A stretch of 64,000 nucleotides of DNA from an uncultured Desulfospira sp. (GTDB taxonomy: Bacteria > Desulfobacterota > Desulfobacteria > Desulfobacterales > Desulfobacteraceae). Under the pieces are notes generated by a model that had not been told where the DNA came from, ran no database searches, and was given only the letters and a program-made list of their open reading frames with translations. Below, piece after piece: positions 46,837 to 56,606 of this stretch. The position numbers and the translations under genes are program-made. Where the stretch lies: contig OY760175.1 of the NCBI GenBank assembly GCA_963663165.1, positions 5,888,001 through 5,952,000 on the forward strand, given 5' to 3'. Position 1 is the stretch's first letter. Every line of letters starts with the position of its first letter.

Positions 46837-47781
46837 GTGGCGGCTGCCCAGGCACCAGCCGTGGCCGGCCAGGTGGCCAATGCCATGAGTTCGGTGGTCC
46901 AGAGCCGTCAGGGGAGCCTGTCAGGGCTCAACTCAGGGGACCCGGTGTTCACCGACAGAAATTTGTGGGTAAAGCCTTTTGCTAATTTTATGGACCAGGA
47001 AGACAATGACGGGGCTTACGGGTTCAGTGCCAAGGCTTACGGCATGGGAATGGGGGTGGACGGTGAGGTTGCGTCAGGCGACCGGCTCGGAATTTCCCTG
47101 TTTTATACCAGGGCCCGGGCCGATACCAACAACGTGGAACAGGACACAGATATGGACGTGGTAAACCTTATGGTTTACGGCAGCCGTCCCCTGGCAAAAG
47201 AAAAGAACCTAACCTTTTTCTGGCAGTTTGGCGGCGGTATTCAGGATACAGAATCCAGCCGCTATCTGTCCGGAATCACCAGCAAGGCCAAAGCCGATTA
47301 TACCGGTACCGACCTCTTTGCCCAGGTCCGGGCCGTGCAGGCCTTTAAAATCAAAGAAAATCTTATACTCACCGGCGGGGCCTCTGTCTCCTATACCTGG
47401 ATTTACACCCCCTCATAGTCAGAGTCGGGTGCCGGTGGCATGAACCTGGATGTGGACAGCAACGATACCCAGGTTCTGGTCCCCGGCCTTGAAGGCGGAT
47501 TGACCTGGACCCCGGCAAAGGATTTTGATGTTAAAGCCAATGTGTTTGTCGGCTATGACCTCATTGACGATGACGCTGCGGTCACCTCCAGGTTTCAGGG
47601 GGCAGGGGCTTCCTTTGTTACGGAAGGTATTGACAATTCGCCTTTGGTTTACGCTGCTGGCATAGGGATTGCCAAAAAATTTACAGACAGGTTCACCCTG
47701 GATGCGGATTACACCCTGGACGGCCGGGGCAGCGACTTTATCAACCATACGGTTTCATGCAAATTCACCTGGCGGTTATAG
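46837..47781 (+). pseudogene. Autotransporter beta-barrel domain remnant
   Basis: ORFs 46837..47418 and 47440..47781 are in one frame, split by TAG (YTPS*SESGAGG); LWVKPF start of barrel; ends FTWRL; no signal peptide or passenger. Confidence 0.8.
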
Positions 47782-47793
47782 GTTGGCCCATAT

Positions 47794-47830
47794 CAGCAGG
47801 GCCGGGGGGGGCAATGCCTCGGCCCTGCTG
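47794..47830. terminator. GC-rich stem-loop after the autotransporter remnant
   Basis: CAGCAGGGCCG...CGGCCCTGCTG. Confidence 0.55.
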
Positions 47831-47838
47831 TTGACTTA

Positions 47839-48030
47839 AACATTACCAGGGGCCGCTATAAAACCGATCGGATTGTTGATGATCCAACAGACAACAAGTT
47901 TCTGGCCTGCGTTTTGAAGGGCCGGGCCGATTACGTCCTGTCCAGAGGCCCGCTTCTGAGGAATTTCATGCATTATCAAGGCATCCAGATACTTGATGCC
48001 ACTGTGCTTCTAAAGAAAATGGGTGATTAA
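47839..48030 (+). pseudogene. C-terminal fragment of a PIN-family toxin
   Basis: Manual translation ...RIVDDPTDNKFLACVLKGRADYVLSRGPLLRNFMHYQGIQILDA...*; N-terminus missing. Confidence 0.7.
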
Positions 48031-48125
48031 TTTTATGTTTTCGGTATCCAAAAGAGTCGATTAAGACCATTTTGGGGATATATTTTGGGATCTTTCCCAT
48101 TATATTACAATGGGTTGCCGCGGCC

Positions 48126-48230
48126 CGACCCCAGACCACAGACCACTAATGGGCGACCCCAGACCAGTGGCCAGACCAACAGACCAACGAGACCAGACCA
48201 CACAGACCACACAGACCACCAGACCACCAC
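48126..48230. repeat. Irregular AGACCA short-repeat tract
   Basis: Ten AGACCA copies, two within CGACCCCAGACCA. Confidence 0.85.
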
Positions 48231-48284
48231 ATGATAAAGAAGGTTACGCCTTCAATGGATTCGCAACTCTTTCCTGCCCACATA

Positions 48285-48313
48285 TTGACAATTTTGATGG
48301 CGTTGCATACATT
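48285..48313 (+). promoter_or_regulatory. sigma70 promoter of the fitAB-like operon
   Basis: TTGACA-N17-TACATT. Confidence 0.55.
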
Positions 48314-48373
48314 GAAATCATACTATATTGAAATACACATTACATCAGAGGAACCCCAAATGAAGGAGGCATA

Positions 48374-48631
48374 ATGGGAAGTTTGACAATCAGAAATATG
48401 GACGATTCAATTAAAGCAAAACTGCGTATGGTTGCCGCCATGAATGATAGATCCATGGAAGAGGAGGCCAGACAAATTCTTAAAAAATTCCTGTTAGAAC
48501 AACGCTGTTCAGAAGGGATCGGCTCCCGAATTGCCAATCGTTTTGCAAATGCCGGCGGTGTCATTTTACCTGAAATCCAGAGATCCCAACCACGTTTTTC
48601 GGCAGATGCTCAACTGGATGAAGAAAAATGA
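48374..48631 (+). CDS. FitA/StbC-like ribbon-helix-helix antitoxin
   Basis: LTIRNMDD..KAKLR..AA.NDRSMEEEARQIL; overlaps the PIN gene. Confidence 0.9.
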   Translation: MGSLTIRNMDDSIKAKLRMVAAMNDRSMEEEARQILKKFLLEQRCSEGIGSRIANRFANAGGVILPEIQRSQPRFSADAQLDEEK

Positions 48632-49065
48632 TTCTGCTTGATACGAATGTATTGTCAGAGTTGATGAAACCCGCGCCAGATAAGCAGGTTGTTTCCTGGT
48701 TAGATAAACAATCCGAGTGGAATCTATGGACCAGTTCAATAACTCTTGCTGAAATTTTTCTTGGTATCTCTCTACTGAATGATGGAAAAAAGAAGACCAT
48801 GTTATTTGAATTGGCTCAACAGATGTTTGATGAAGATTTTAAGGGCAGATGCTTACCGTTTGATGATCAGGCCGCTGTCGAGTACGCAGTAATAGTGGCC
48901 AAAAGAACAAAAATCGGTAGACCAGTCAGTGTAGAAGATGCACAGATCGCATCAATTTCAAAAACGGCCAACCTGGTTTTGGCGACTCGAAACATCAAAG
49001 ATTTTGATGAGATCGACGGATTGAGATTGATTAATCCATGGAATTACCAGAGCACAAGCAGGTGA
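48628..49065 (+). CDS. FitB/VapC PIN-domain toxin
   Basis: MILLDTNVLSE, DAQIASI, LATRNIKDF, INPW. Confidence 0.93.
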   Translation: MILLDTNVLSELMKPAPDKQVVSWLDKQSEWNLWTSSITLAEIFLGISLLNDGKKKTMLFELAQQMFDEDFKGRCLPFDDQAAVEYAVIVAKRTKIGRPVSVEDAQIASISKTANLVLATRNIKDFDEIDGLRLINPWNYQSTSR

Positions 49066-49475
49066 TATTGAAAATGTATGAGTCGAGGTTGTCTTGGAGG
49101 TAGTCCTCACTGCCCAGAAGTTTAAAAGCACTGAGCTATTTTTTGAACGTTATCGCAGGTCCTGGAATAAAACTCGTCGCGGATGATACCATACCTGTCA
49201 GGGGGTATTCTGTATGGAGAAATGTCTAAAACATGTACCCCTGGTTTGGCTGAATGATGAAAATGAAGTGGGCTTCCAATTCTCAGGAGAGGGCGCGCAG
49301 GCATTCCCAAGTCATTTTATAAACCGTGGATACTTTTTGCTCGGGGGCATTTTAACCGGGGCCAGGTGAAACTGGAGACAAAGCTTTGCTTGACAGGGGA
49401 ATATGGATTCGGTTAAGGGTGCCCAGAACAGAATTTACATTTTATTGATAGGATTTTAACCCATAGGACAATCAA

Positions 49476-50012
49476 GTGGCCCTTAAACCCACCATTTTTA
49501 AAGCAAATATCACCCTGGCCGATGTGGACCGAAATGTTTACGAGACCTTGAACCTTACCCTTGCCCAGCACCCTTCTGAATCTGTTGAGCGCATGATGGC
49601 AAGAGTGATCGCATTCTGCATGAATGCCACTGAAACCCTGACCATGACCCGAGGGCTTTCCACTGTGGAGGAGCCGGATATCTGGGAGAAAACCCTGGAT
49701 GGCAGAATTGCCCTCTGGGTCGAGGTGGGAGAACCTTCCTTTGACCGGATCAAAAAGGCCGGACGGCTCTCTTCTGCGGTGCGGGTATATTCCTTTAACC
49801 TCAAGTCAGACAGCTGGTGGGAGAAGGAAGGGGAAAAGTTCCAGGGGTTAAGTGCGGAGGTCTTTCAGCTCCAATGGAAAGGCATACAGAAACTGGCTGG
49901 ATTGGCCAACAGGACAATGGACCTTTCCGTTACGGTTTCAGACGGTGTTATTTATGTTTCCGGGAATACCGGGGAGTGTGAAATTTCCTGGAAGCCCCTT
50001 AAGACGAATTAG
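49476..50012 (+). CDS. yaeQ: YaeQ family protein
   Basis: MALKPTIFK, LAQHPSE..ERMM, GLST.EEPDIW, LWVEVGEP. Confidence 0.92.
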   Translation: MALKPTIFKANITLADVDRNVYETLNLTLAQHPSESVERMMARVIAFCMNATETLTMTRGLSTVEEPDIWEKTLDGRIALWVEVGEPSFDRIKKAGRLSSAVRVYSFNLKSDSWWEKEGEKFQGLSAEVFQLQWKGIQKLAGLANRTMDLSVTVSDGVIYVSGNTGECEISWKPLKTN

Positions 50013-50080
50013 CCGGGGCAAGGGTCTGGCGGATTTTATTGGCCAGCTGGTAATTGGAAAAGGGTTTCTGGATAAACTGC

Positions 50081-50410
50081 CTATAAATAAAGCGTCTCCG
50101 GCAGGTAGTCTTCGCCTTGCATTAAATTTTTATCGATATCCATTTTCCCATGTAAAATGCCAATGATATCAATGTGACGATTTGAGATAAGATAGAAGAT
50201 GATATGTTTCCGTGCTGGAAAAGATTAATAGCCTGGTGAGATTTCTGGTCGCTGCCTTCCAAGTCCCGGATTGGCAGCGACTTCATCAAGTGTATCCTCG
50301 ATGTCTTGAAAATATTTTTCAGCTTGTTGCTCCCCCCATGTCTCAACAGTGTAATGCCAGAATTCAATTAAATCTGATTTTGCTGAAGGCGTAAGTCGGT
50401 ATTCAGGCAT
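50081..50410 (-). pseudogene. parE: ParE toxin interrupted by an in-frame TAA
   Basis: YRLTPSAKSDL...WGEQQAEKY...ISPGY*SFPARKHIIFY...IDIIGILHGKMD; stop at 50225-50227. Confidence 0.85.
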
Positions 50411-50651
50411 TCCTGGCCTCAGTAATAATTTCGCTTACGGATTGCGCTACAAACTTCCCCTGTTTGGCTTGAGCCGCACCGATCGCTAAACGCTCTTTTA
50501 ACAATTCAAGTTTCATATGCTGAACCAATTCTTCGTTTTTTTCCCAAAACCGCAAAGCATCCCGAATAACTTCACTGGCGTTGTTGTAAAAGCCTGATGC
50601 TACTTTTTGCTTAACTCTGCTTTCAAGCTCAGGGGTCAATGAAATATGCAT
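50403..50651 (-). CDS. parD: ParD-family (CC2985-type) antitoxin
   Basis: MHISLTPELE..V.SG.YNNASEVIRDALR. Confidence 0.9.
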   Translation of the reverse strand: MHISLTPELESRVKQKVASGFYNNASEVIRDALRFWEKNEELVQHMKLELLKERLAIGAAQAKQGKFVAQSVSEIITEARNA

Positions 50652-50662
50652 TTCTGCCCTCC

Positions 50663-50780
50663 TTTATATGAAAGTCTCACTAACGTCCTGAGAAGACTTT
50701 CATTATTGGTTGTGGGCGATTCTTGGTTGGATAACCAAGGCGGCCCGGTTTCTGCCCTTTAGGGTATGGCCGTTATATAA
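50663..50780 (-). repeat. Multi-hairpin dispersed element, copy 2
   Basis: Reverse complement matches 16591-16689; ends at the parD RBS. Confidence 0.8.
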
Positions 50781-51087
50781 AAAATAATTACAATATTATT
50801 GTGGTGGAAATACAATCATTGTCAATCTTTGTTTTGGCCAAGGATTATTATATTTGCTTTGGAACAGATTAGAATAACAGGGATAGTCCGGGGTGCCCTT
50901 CTATTTAAAAAAACGGATATCATCAGACGAATAGTCTTTACTGTCCAGATAATTTCTTGACTGGCAAAATCAAAGACATTCATGTAAAAAGTTCTGAATC
51001 TCCTTTCATGATGTATTGTTGGGAAAGGGGCAACAGTTTTGATGAACTTAAGGGGCTTTAATCAGAATTAGAGTACTCTATTAATGG

Positions 51088-52017
51088 ATGAATATGGGAC
51101 CAATTTCAAAAAAAAATATTGCTGGGCTGAAAAAAGCAAAAAACAAAAAAATAATAAATTTCAAGGAGTTAAAAGAAGCCAAGACACACGCGGAAAACCT
51201 TGAAAAAACGATCATATCAAAAGAAGAACTGGGCAAACATGATCCTATCCATGCTATGTATATTTATGCCCAAAATAAAGTATCAGTTCTCGTCGAACAG
51301 CTATCCGGCTTATCGGCTGTGTCAAAATTAACAAACATTTTAGAGCAAGCTGATGAGACTTATATGCCCTCCTTTCCGCCTCAAAGTCCAGTTACACAAT
51401 CGTACTTCACATGCTGGGGATTTTTTGATCTTTCCGTAGGGATTAAAAAAGAATCATTTGGCACGATACTCCTCGACGTTTTACGGACAATCAAAGCAGA
51501 TCCAGGATTGATTACAATAATTGAGTGTATGCAAAGTTCAAGGATGGGGATATTTGTCCATAAGGGAATCCAGGATCGATATGTTATTTTAGAAGAACTA
51601 ATTACCGGGGAAGAACATAAACTGATAGTTCCGAGCGGTTACCAGGGAAAAAAAGATGAAATATGGTATGTTAGGGTGATGCCTGCTCCATTTCCGGAGC
51701 TGAATTATGGGTATTCTGTCGCATTTACCACCCCGTATATTATTGTCGATTTGAATGGTCAGATTGGGGCTTCAGCTAACCGCGAGAATTGGGAAGCGTT
51801 TTTTGACCGGAACCTGAAAGCATCAAATGATAAAGACCGAATAAATGCATATGAATCCTTTATGAAACATGGAGAAAACAAGTTCTATTGGAACGAATAT
51901 ATCATTGAAGGATATGTTAATTATCAGTCGGATATAATTTTTCTTGCAGGTTTCCCAGATATCCCTTTGAGCATGCCCCTTTCCGTCGAAAGTCAGAAAG
52001 AACGGGGAGAGTTGTAA
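51088..52017 (+). CDS. Hypothetical protein (AT-rich)
   Basis: 309-aa ORF; motif YMPSFPPQSPVTQSYFTCW; no family recognised. Confidence 0.75.
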   Translation: MNMGPISKKNIAGLKKAKNKKIINFKELKEAKTHAENLEKTIISKEELGKHDPIHAMYIYAQNKVSVLVEQLSGLSAVSKLTNILEQADETYMPSFPPQSPVTQSYFTCWGFFDLSVGIKKESFGTILLDVLRTIKADPGLITIIECMQSSRMGIFVHKGIQDRYVILEELITGEEHKLIVPSGYQGKKDEIWYVRVMPAPFPELNYGYSVAFTTPYIIVDLNGQIGASANRENWEAFFDRNLKASNDKDRINAYESFMKHGENKFYWNEYIIEGYVNYQSDIIFLAGFPDIPLSMPLSVESQKERGEL

Positions 52018-52083
52018 CGATGAGAACTATAAACAGAACAGCAATCACTATCATCCCCAAACAACCATACAAGGAGTAGTGGA

Positions 52084-52740
52084 ATGCCCAAGAAGAGGAA
52101 AATAAGAAAGATTCATGCTTCTTCAAGAAAAAACAGTGCACAACAACTTAAGATCCTCGAATATGACATATCATATGATCCTATACAAGATAAAAATTAC
52201 AATAAGTTACCAGACCACATAAAGGATAAAATTGATAACTTTTATTATTTGATACAGAAAAATCCTGATCCAGCAACAATTTCTGATTTAGAAAGTTTAA
52301 TAGAAAAATTTCCCAGCGTCCCGATGCTATATAATTATCTTAGCGTAGCATACTCTCGTTTAAAAAATAGGGAAAAAATTTTAGAGATTGTCGAGAAAAA
52401 TTATCGTATGAATCCTGATTATTTATTCGCTCGTTTAAACTATGCAGAAGTTTGTATCCAGAACGGTGATTATGAAAAAATAGCGGAGATATTTGATCAT
52501 AAATTCGACTTGCAATTACTTTACCCAAAACGGAAAAAATTTCATATATCAGAAGTTGCAAATTTCATGGGGATTATGGGGATCTATTTTTTTAGAATGG
52601 ACAAGCGAGAAATAGCTGAAAACCATTATAAAATTCTTGCAGAAATAGCTGATGATTACCCGATAACAAAAAAACTACATAAACAATTGCATCCTGGTTT
52701 TTTAAAACGAATGATTAAAAGTATGATCGGGAAGCATTAA
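52084..52740 (+). CDS. Hypothetical TPR-like helical protein (AT-rich)
   Basis: PMLYNYLSVAY...NPDYLFARLNYA TPR-like pattern. Confidence 0.7.
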   Translation: MPKKRKIRKIHASSRKNSAQQLKILEYDISYDPIQDKNYNKLPDHIKDKIDNFYYLIQKNPDPATISDLESLIEKFPSVPMLYNYLSVAYSRLKNREKILEIVEKNYRMNPDYLFARLNYAEVCIQNGDYEKIAEIFDHKFDLQLLYPKRKKFHISEVANFMGIMGIYFFRMDKREIAENHYKILAEIADDYPITKKLHKQLHPGFLKRMIKSMIGKH

Positions 52741-53008
52741 CAAATTACTGTAAAATCATAGGCTATTTGATGTATTCCTGATTAACAGGGACAGTCTACA
52801 GTATTTTGGAAGGATGAATAATCAACCCAAAACAGATAGAAGTCAACGCTTAAGACCACTGTCTCTCACATGGGCAAACCGAGTTCGGGTCCATGAGGGC
52901 AATCACCATCGATATCAAAGGGTTTCTACAAATCAGCTGGAATCCCTTTTTGCTTCACCGGGCCTTTGAATATTTTGGTTTAAGCAATTGAGGGGCTGGT
53001 GATTTTTT

Positions 53009-55537
53009 TTATGTGCTAATCGGGATGGGAATTTTCACACCTATTTTTGTGGCGACCGGCGTATAGATATCCATTTTTTCTTCAGGCGTCTTGATGGTTA
53101 CGACAAGGGCGTAACGCGTTTTTTTATTCCATCTTCCAAGGTAGGCCCTTTCTCTCCACCAGCCGATGGTCGGAGAAACTGAAATCATGTTTGAGTCTGC
53201 AAGCTCAGCAGCGGTTCCTTTCCAGATATCCGAGTGGATAGAGCCTTTGTTCCTGGTCTGTGATCCGATGACCCAGTGATCTGAAGCACTTTTTGTATCG
53301 GGCTTTCCTTCATCTTCAAGCCTTGCTGCCGCGTTTACTCTTTTAACGAAGTCTTCCTGGGATTCCCCCGGAGAATTTAAATGGAACCTTAAGCCATGTG
53401 AAGCATATCTATATCTGTCTTTCCAGCCGATTTCACCGGGACCGGGTTCAATGAAATATGACAGGGTGATCCGCATCTCCACCAAGGTGCTTGACGGCAA
53501 GGCCAATAATGTTTCTTTGGGCCAGGGCAATTGATATAAGTGCATATCTTTTGTGCGATATCCACTTCCTTTCTCTTTTTTATCAAAGGGTTGAATTGTT
53601 TGCTGGGCAATCAGGGTCAGGGAATTTGCGGCACTGTATAAGGCATCCTGAAGATTGGGTACACCATAACCGCAAATCCTCATTAGCCTTTTTAAAGACG
53701 TTTTTTTATCGTCTTTTGTAAATTGATTTTTCAAATTTACCGGCCACTGTGCCGAGTGAACCATGATGGCGCGCAAGGTTTCAGGCCAGAAGTCCGGATA
53801 TTCAGATTGGATTTTTGCTGCAAACCATGCGGCATATGCTGTGGATGCACTTGTCATCCGAAAGGGATAAAAGTAACTTTCTTGTGGCTTATAATAGGTG
53901 GATAACAGCGAAAGATCGTCACATTCAGACCCAAAGCCACATTCGTCTATTGCAAAATTACCGCCCTCCATTACAATTTCAGGTTTAATGGGCCACATAT
54001 CATCCCAGATGTGTGACGTCGTGGAAAACGGGGAAAGACAATCCCTGGGTGCGATGGGCTTATACCCGGACATTGTCGGGTCATTGATCTGGTTTAATTG
54101 GGTACAGGCTCCAACCGTCACGGCATTCCAGGATTGCCCGGGATCATGGATTGAATCTGTGATCTGTGCGTCAGGGTAATTTTTTGCCACATTCAAGTCA
54201 TGGATATTCCCTGCACATACAATCAACAATCTTTGAATATCATCCTGACTGCCGGAAGCAAGCTGGTCAAGCTGCCCTGACCAGGAGCTGGGCCGTCCCT
54301 GGTCCCGGGTATCCTCGGAACTTATACCCATGCAGACGATACGATTTCTATGGGGTGCCTGTATTTCAGCACGGAATATGCCCTGGCTTGTGATATGCCC
54401 CCACAAATCGGGTTCTGTTTGCTGCGGCGGCAAGGGAAGAATTTTCACCGACTCCAAACTATGCTTGATTTCAACCGAATCTTGCCCTGCCAGGCATGCT
54501 GCTAAATCCCCGAACGCTGCCACACCGGCCATCAAGGTGCCATGTCTGTGATGAGCGTGGGTTCCCCACTCCGGATTCACTGTCTGGCAATCATCATCAG
54601 ACAACAATGGATTCAAAAGTGGATGACCATTGTTAACCCCTGTGTCAAGAATGCAGACAGATGTGTCTGAATCAAAGTTTACTTTTATTCTATCCTGAAG
54701 ATCGTCTGTCCATTCCGCCTGATGAACATTTTTCATCTCCGTCCAGAAGCCTGCTGTTTCTTTTGCGTGGCGGTATTCAGCGATATCATCAGAATAAAGG
54801 GCTAATTTTTCCAGCTGGCTTTGGTTTACCAGAATCATTTTTACAATTCGCTCAGGAAATCTTATGAAACCTGATTTTGACTGGATTTCCAGTTCTTGAA
54901 TCAACTTATCGAATCTATCCACAATTTCACGGGGACTGATATGTTCATCAAATTGCGCCCTTAACCAGACCTCACACCACTCAGGCTCATCTTTAGGAAT
55001 TAATGCCTTGTCATCCAGCCAGAATGATTCTATTGCATCAGCTTTTCTGATATCCGAGATACTGTTAATCAAATCGCTGTGTTTGGGCTTGCCTGACGCT
55101 GTTTCCTGTCCGGCATACTGTTCTATTTTGTTAAAAAACAGCTCTTTTTTTTCATTGTCCACAAAAACGGTGGCAAAGGTTGTGATGTCGTCAGGCCGGG
55201 TGTCATAAGACAATTGGGCAGGTTTGCTGCTTTCTTTTCTTACGTTCAAAAGCCGGACCTTTTTTGACTTCATCTCCTCCAGGCTCTTGGTCACCAGGTC
55301 AAAGCCGGCCTCGCCTTTGAATTCAAGGTAAACCCCTTTTCGGGTCGTGTGATGAACAACCTGTTCCGATTGTGTATCTGCCCAGGCTTGTGCCAACTTT
55401 TGCTTTAATCTGGAACTATGGCTTTGCCTGTCTCGAAAAGAGGGGATGCGTTTTTCACCGCCCCTGCTGGAAATGCTTTTAAATAGGGTTGTTTCTGGTG
55501 ATTCTTTAAGGATGATATGCGGATAATTGTCCGGCAT
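53009..55537 (-). CDS. S8 subtilisin-like peptidase, IetS-type
   Basis: Triad ILDTGV / HGTLMAG / TSASTA; IKPEIVMEGGN; no signal peptide; follows an AAA ATPase. Confidence 0.85.
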   Translation of the reverse strand: MPDNYPHIILKESPETTLFKSISSRGGEKRIPSFRDRQSHSSRLKQKLAQAWADTQSEQVVHHTTRKGVYLEFKGEAGFDLVTKSLEEMKSKKVRLLNVRKESSKPAQLSYDTRPDDITTFATVFVDNEKKELFFNKIEQYAGQETASGKPKHSDLINSISDIRKADAIESFWLDDKALIPKDEPEWCEVWLRAQFDEHISPREIVDRFDKLIQELEIQSKSGFIRFPERIVKMILVNQSQLEKLALYSDDIAEYRHAKETAGFWTEMKNVHQAEWTDDLQDRIKVNFDSDTSVCILDTGVNNGHPLLNPLLSDDDCQTVNPEWGTHAHHRHGTLMAGVAAFGDLAACLAGQDSVEIKHSLESVKILPLPPQQTEPDLWGHITSQGIFRAEIQAPHRNRIVCMGISSEDTRDQGRPSSWSGQLDQLASGSQDDIQRLLIVCAGNIHDLNVAKNYPDAQITDSIHDPGQSWNAVTVGACTQLNQINDPTMSGYKPIAPRDCLSPFSTTSHIWDDMWPIKPEIVMEGGNFAIDECGFGSECDDLSLLSTYYKPQESYFYPFRMTSASTAYAAWFAAKIQSEYPDFWPETLRAIMVHSAQWPVNLKNQFTKDDKKTSLKRLMRICGYGVPNLQDALYSAANSLTLIAQQTIQPFDKKEKGSGYRTKDMHLYQLPWPKETLLALPSSTLVEMRITLSYFIEPGPGEIGWKDRYRYASHGLRFHLNSPGESQEDFVKRVNAAARLEDEGKPDTKSASDHWVIGSQTRNKGSIHSDIWKGTAAELADSNMISVSPTIGWWRERAYLGRWNKKTRYALVVTIKTPEEKMDIYTPVATKIGVKIPIPIST

Positions 55538-55546
55538 TGCAATGAA

Positions 55547-56512
55547 TTATATGCTCCAGGAGTTTGAATTCTGTCGTTCTTTCAGGGACCGGGATAACAA
55601 GGTTGCATTGGCCTTGGTTTTACCGGATAAAATAATCTCTTTGATGGTATCTTTACAGGCATAATCTATTTCCGCATGGGAGAGCCCTTTGCTCAGGCTG
55701 AGCACATTTTTCCACGCAAACCGTGAGTCCATAAAGGTTCCCATGATATTTTTGATCAATGTCTGTCTCTCCTTCTCTTGGGGAAGACGATAGTTGAGCA
55801 CATCTTCAAACCGGCGAAACAGGGCGCTGTCAAGCAGTTTCGGGTTGTTGGTGGCGGCAATAATCATACTGTCCGAGTGGTCCTGTTCAATGAACTGTAA
55901 AAAAGCGTTCAAAACCCTGCGCATTTCTCCGACATCGTTGTCCATTGACCGCTCGGCCCCGATGGCATCAAACTCATCAAAAAAATAGATGCCATGGACC
56001 TGTTTGATCATGTCAAATATCTGGCGAAGCTTGGCACTTGTCTCTCCCATGAATTTGGTGACAAGGCGGTCCACTTGAATGGTATGCAGCTTCAGGTCCA
56101 GTTCTTTGGCAAGCACCCTTGCCGTCATGGTTTTCCCGGTTCCCGGATGGCCGGAGAGCAATATTTTGCGCCGGTGCTGTAACCCATGGGCTTTTAATTT
56201 ATTCTTTTGCCTGTATTCGTGAATGATTCGATGGATTCGTTTTTCCAAAGCTTCGGGCATCACCATGGCGGATTTAGGCGTTTCAGGCGCCTCTGTCAGG
56301 ACCAGGCCCTGTAACTCACCGGGGAAGGGAATTATTAAGGCGTTTTTTTGTTGACGCCCCTTATCCACGATGTCCCGGATGGCTTTGGCAATGGCTTGAT
56401 GGCCCTGCCTGGATTCATGGGCGGCCAGTTGCAGCGAAATGGTGTAAAACCGCTCTTTATCATCACTGAAATGCGATTTTATCAAAGCCTTTATTTGTTC
56501 TGCCGTTGCCAT
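55547..56512 (-). CDS. AAA+ ATPase, IetA-type
   Basis: MATAEQIKAL, GHPGTGKT, FFDEFDAIG, DVGEMRRVLN, LDSALFRRF. Confidence 0.88.
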   Translation of the reverse strand: MATAEQIKALIKSHFSDDKERFYTISLQLAAHESRQGHQAIAKAIRDIVDKGRQQKNALIIPFPGELQGLVLTEAPETPKSAMVMPEALEKRIHRIIHEYRQKNKLKAHGLQHRRKILLSGHPGTGKTMTARVLAKELDLKLHTIQVDRLVTKFMGETSAKLRQIFDMIKQVHGIYFFDEFDAIGAERSMDNDVGEMRRVLNAFLQFIEQDHSDSMIIAATNNPKLLDSALFRRFEDVLNYRLPQEKERQTLIKNIMGTFMDSRFAWKNVLSLSKGLSHAEIDYACKDTIKEIILSGKTKANATLLSRSLKERQNSNSWSI

Positions 56513-56606
56513 TTTCAGGGTTACCTTTGGATAAGTGTTTGTAATATTCAATATTTATCATCTGTTAATATTTTGCAATATTAAAGATTGGGGTTGGTCT
56601 GTTGAT

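Noticed and set aside
47416..47418. Pyrrolysine or programmed readthrough of the TAG
   Set aside because: The gene also lacks its N-terminus, no pyl genes are in the window, and a one-base nonsense change is simpler.
48126..48230. CRISPR array
   Set aside because: Units are 6-13 nt with no unique spacers of regular length, and no cas genes are present.
49122..49310. Small ORF or gene remnant after the PIN toxin
   Set aside because: No family recognisable in the frames I checked.
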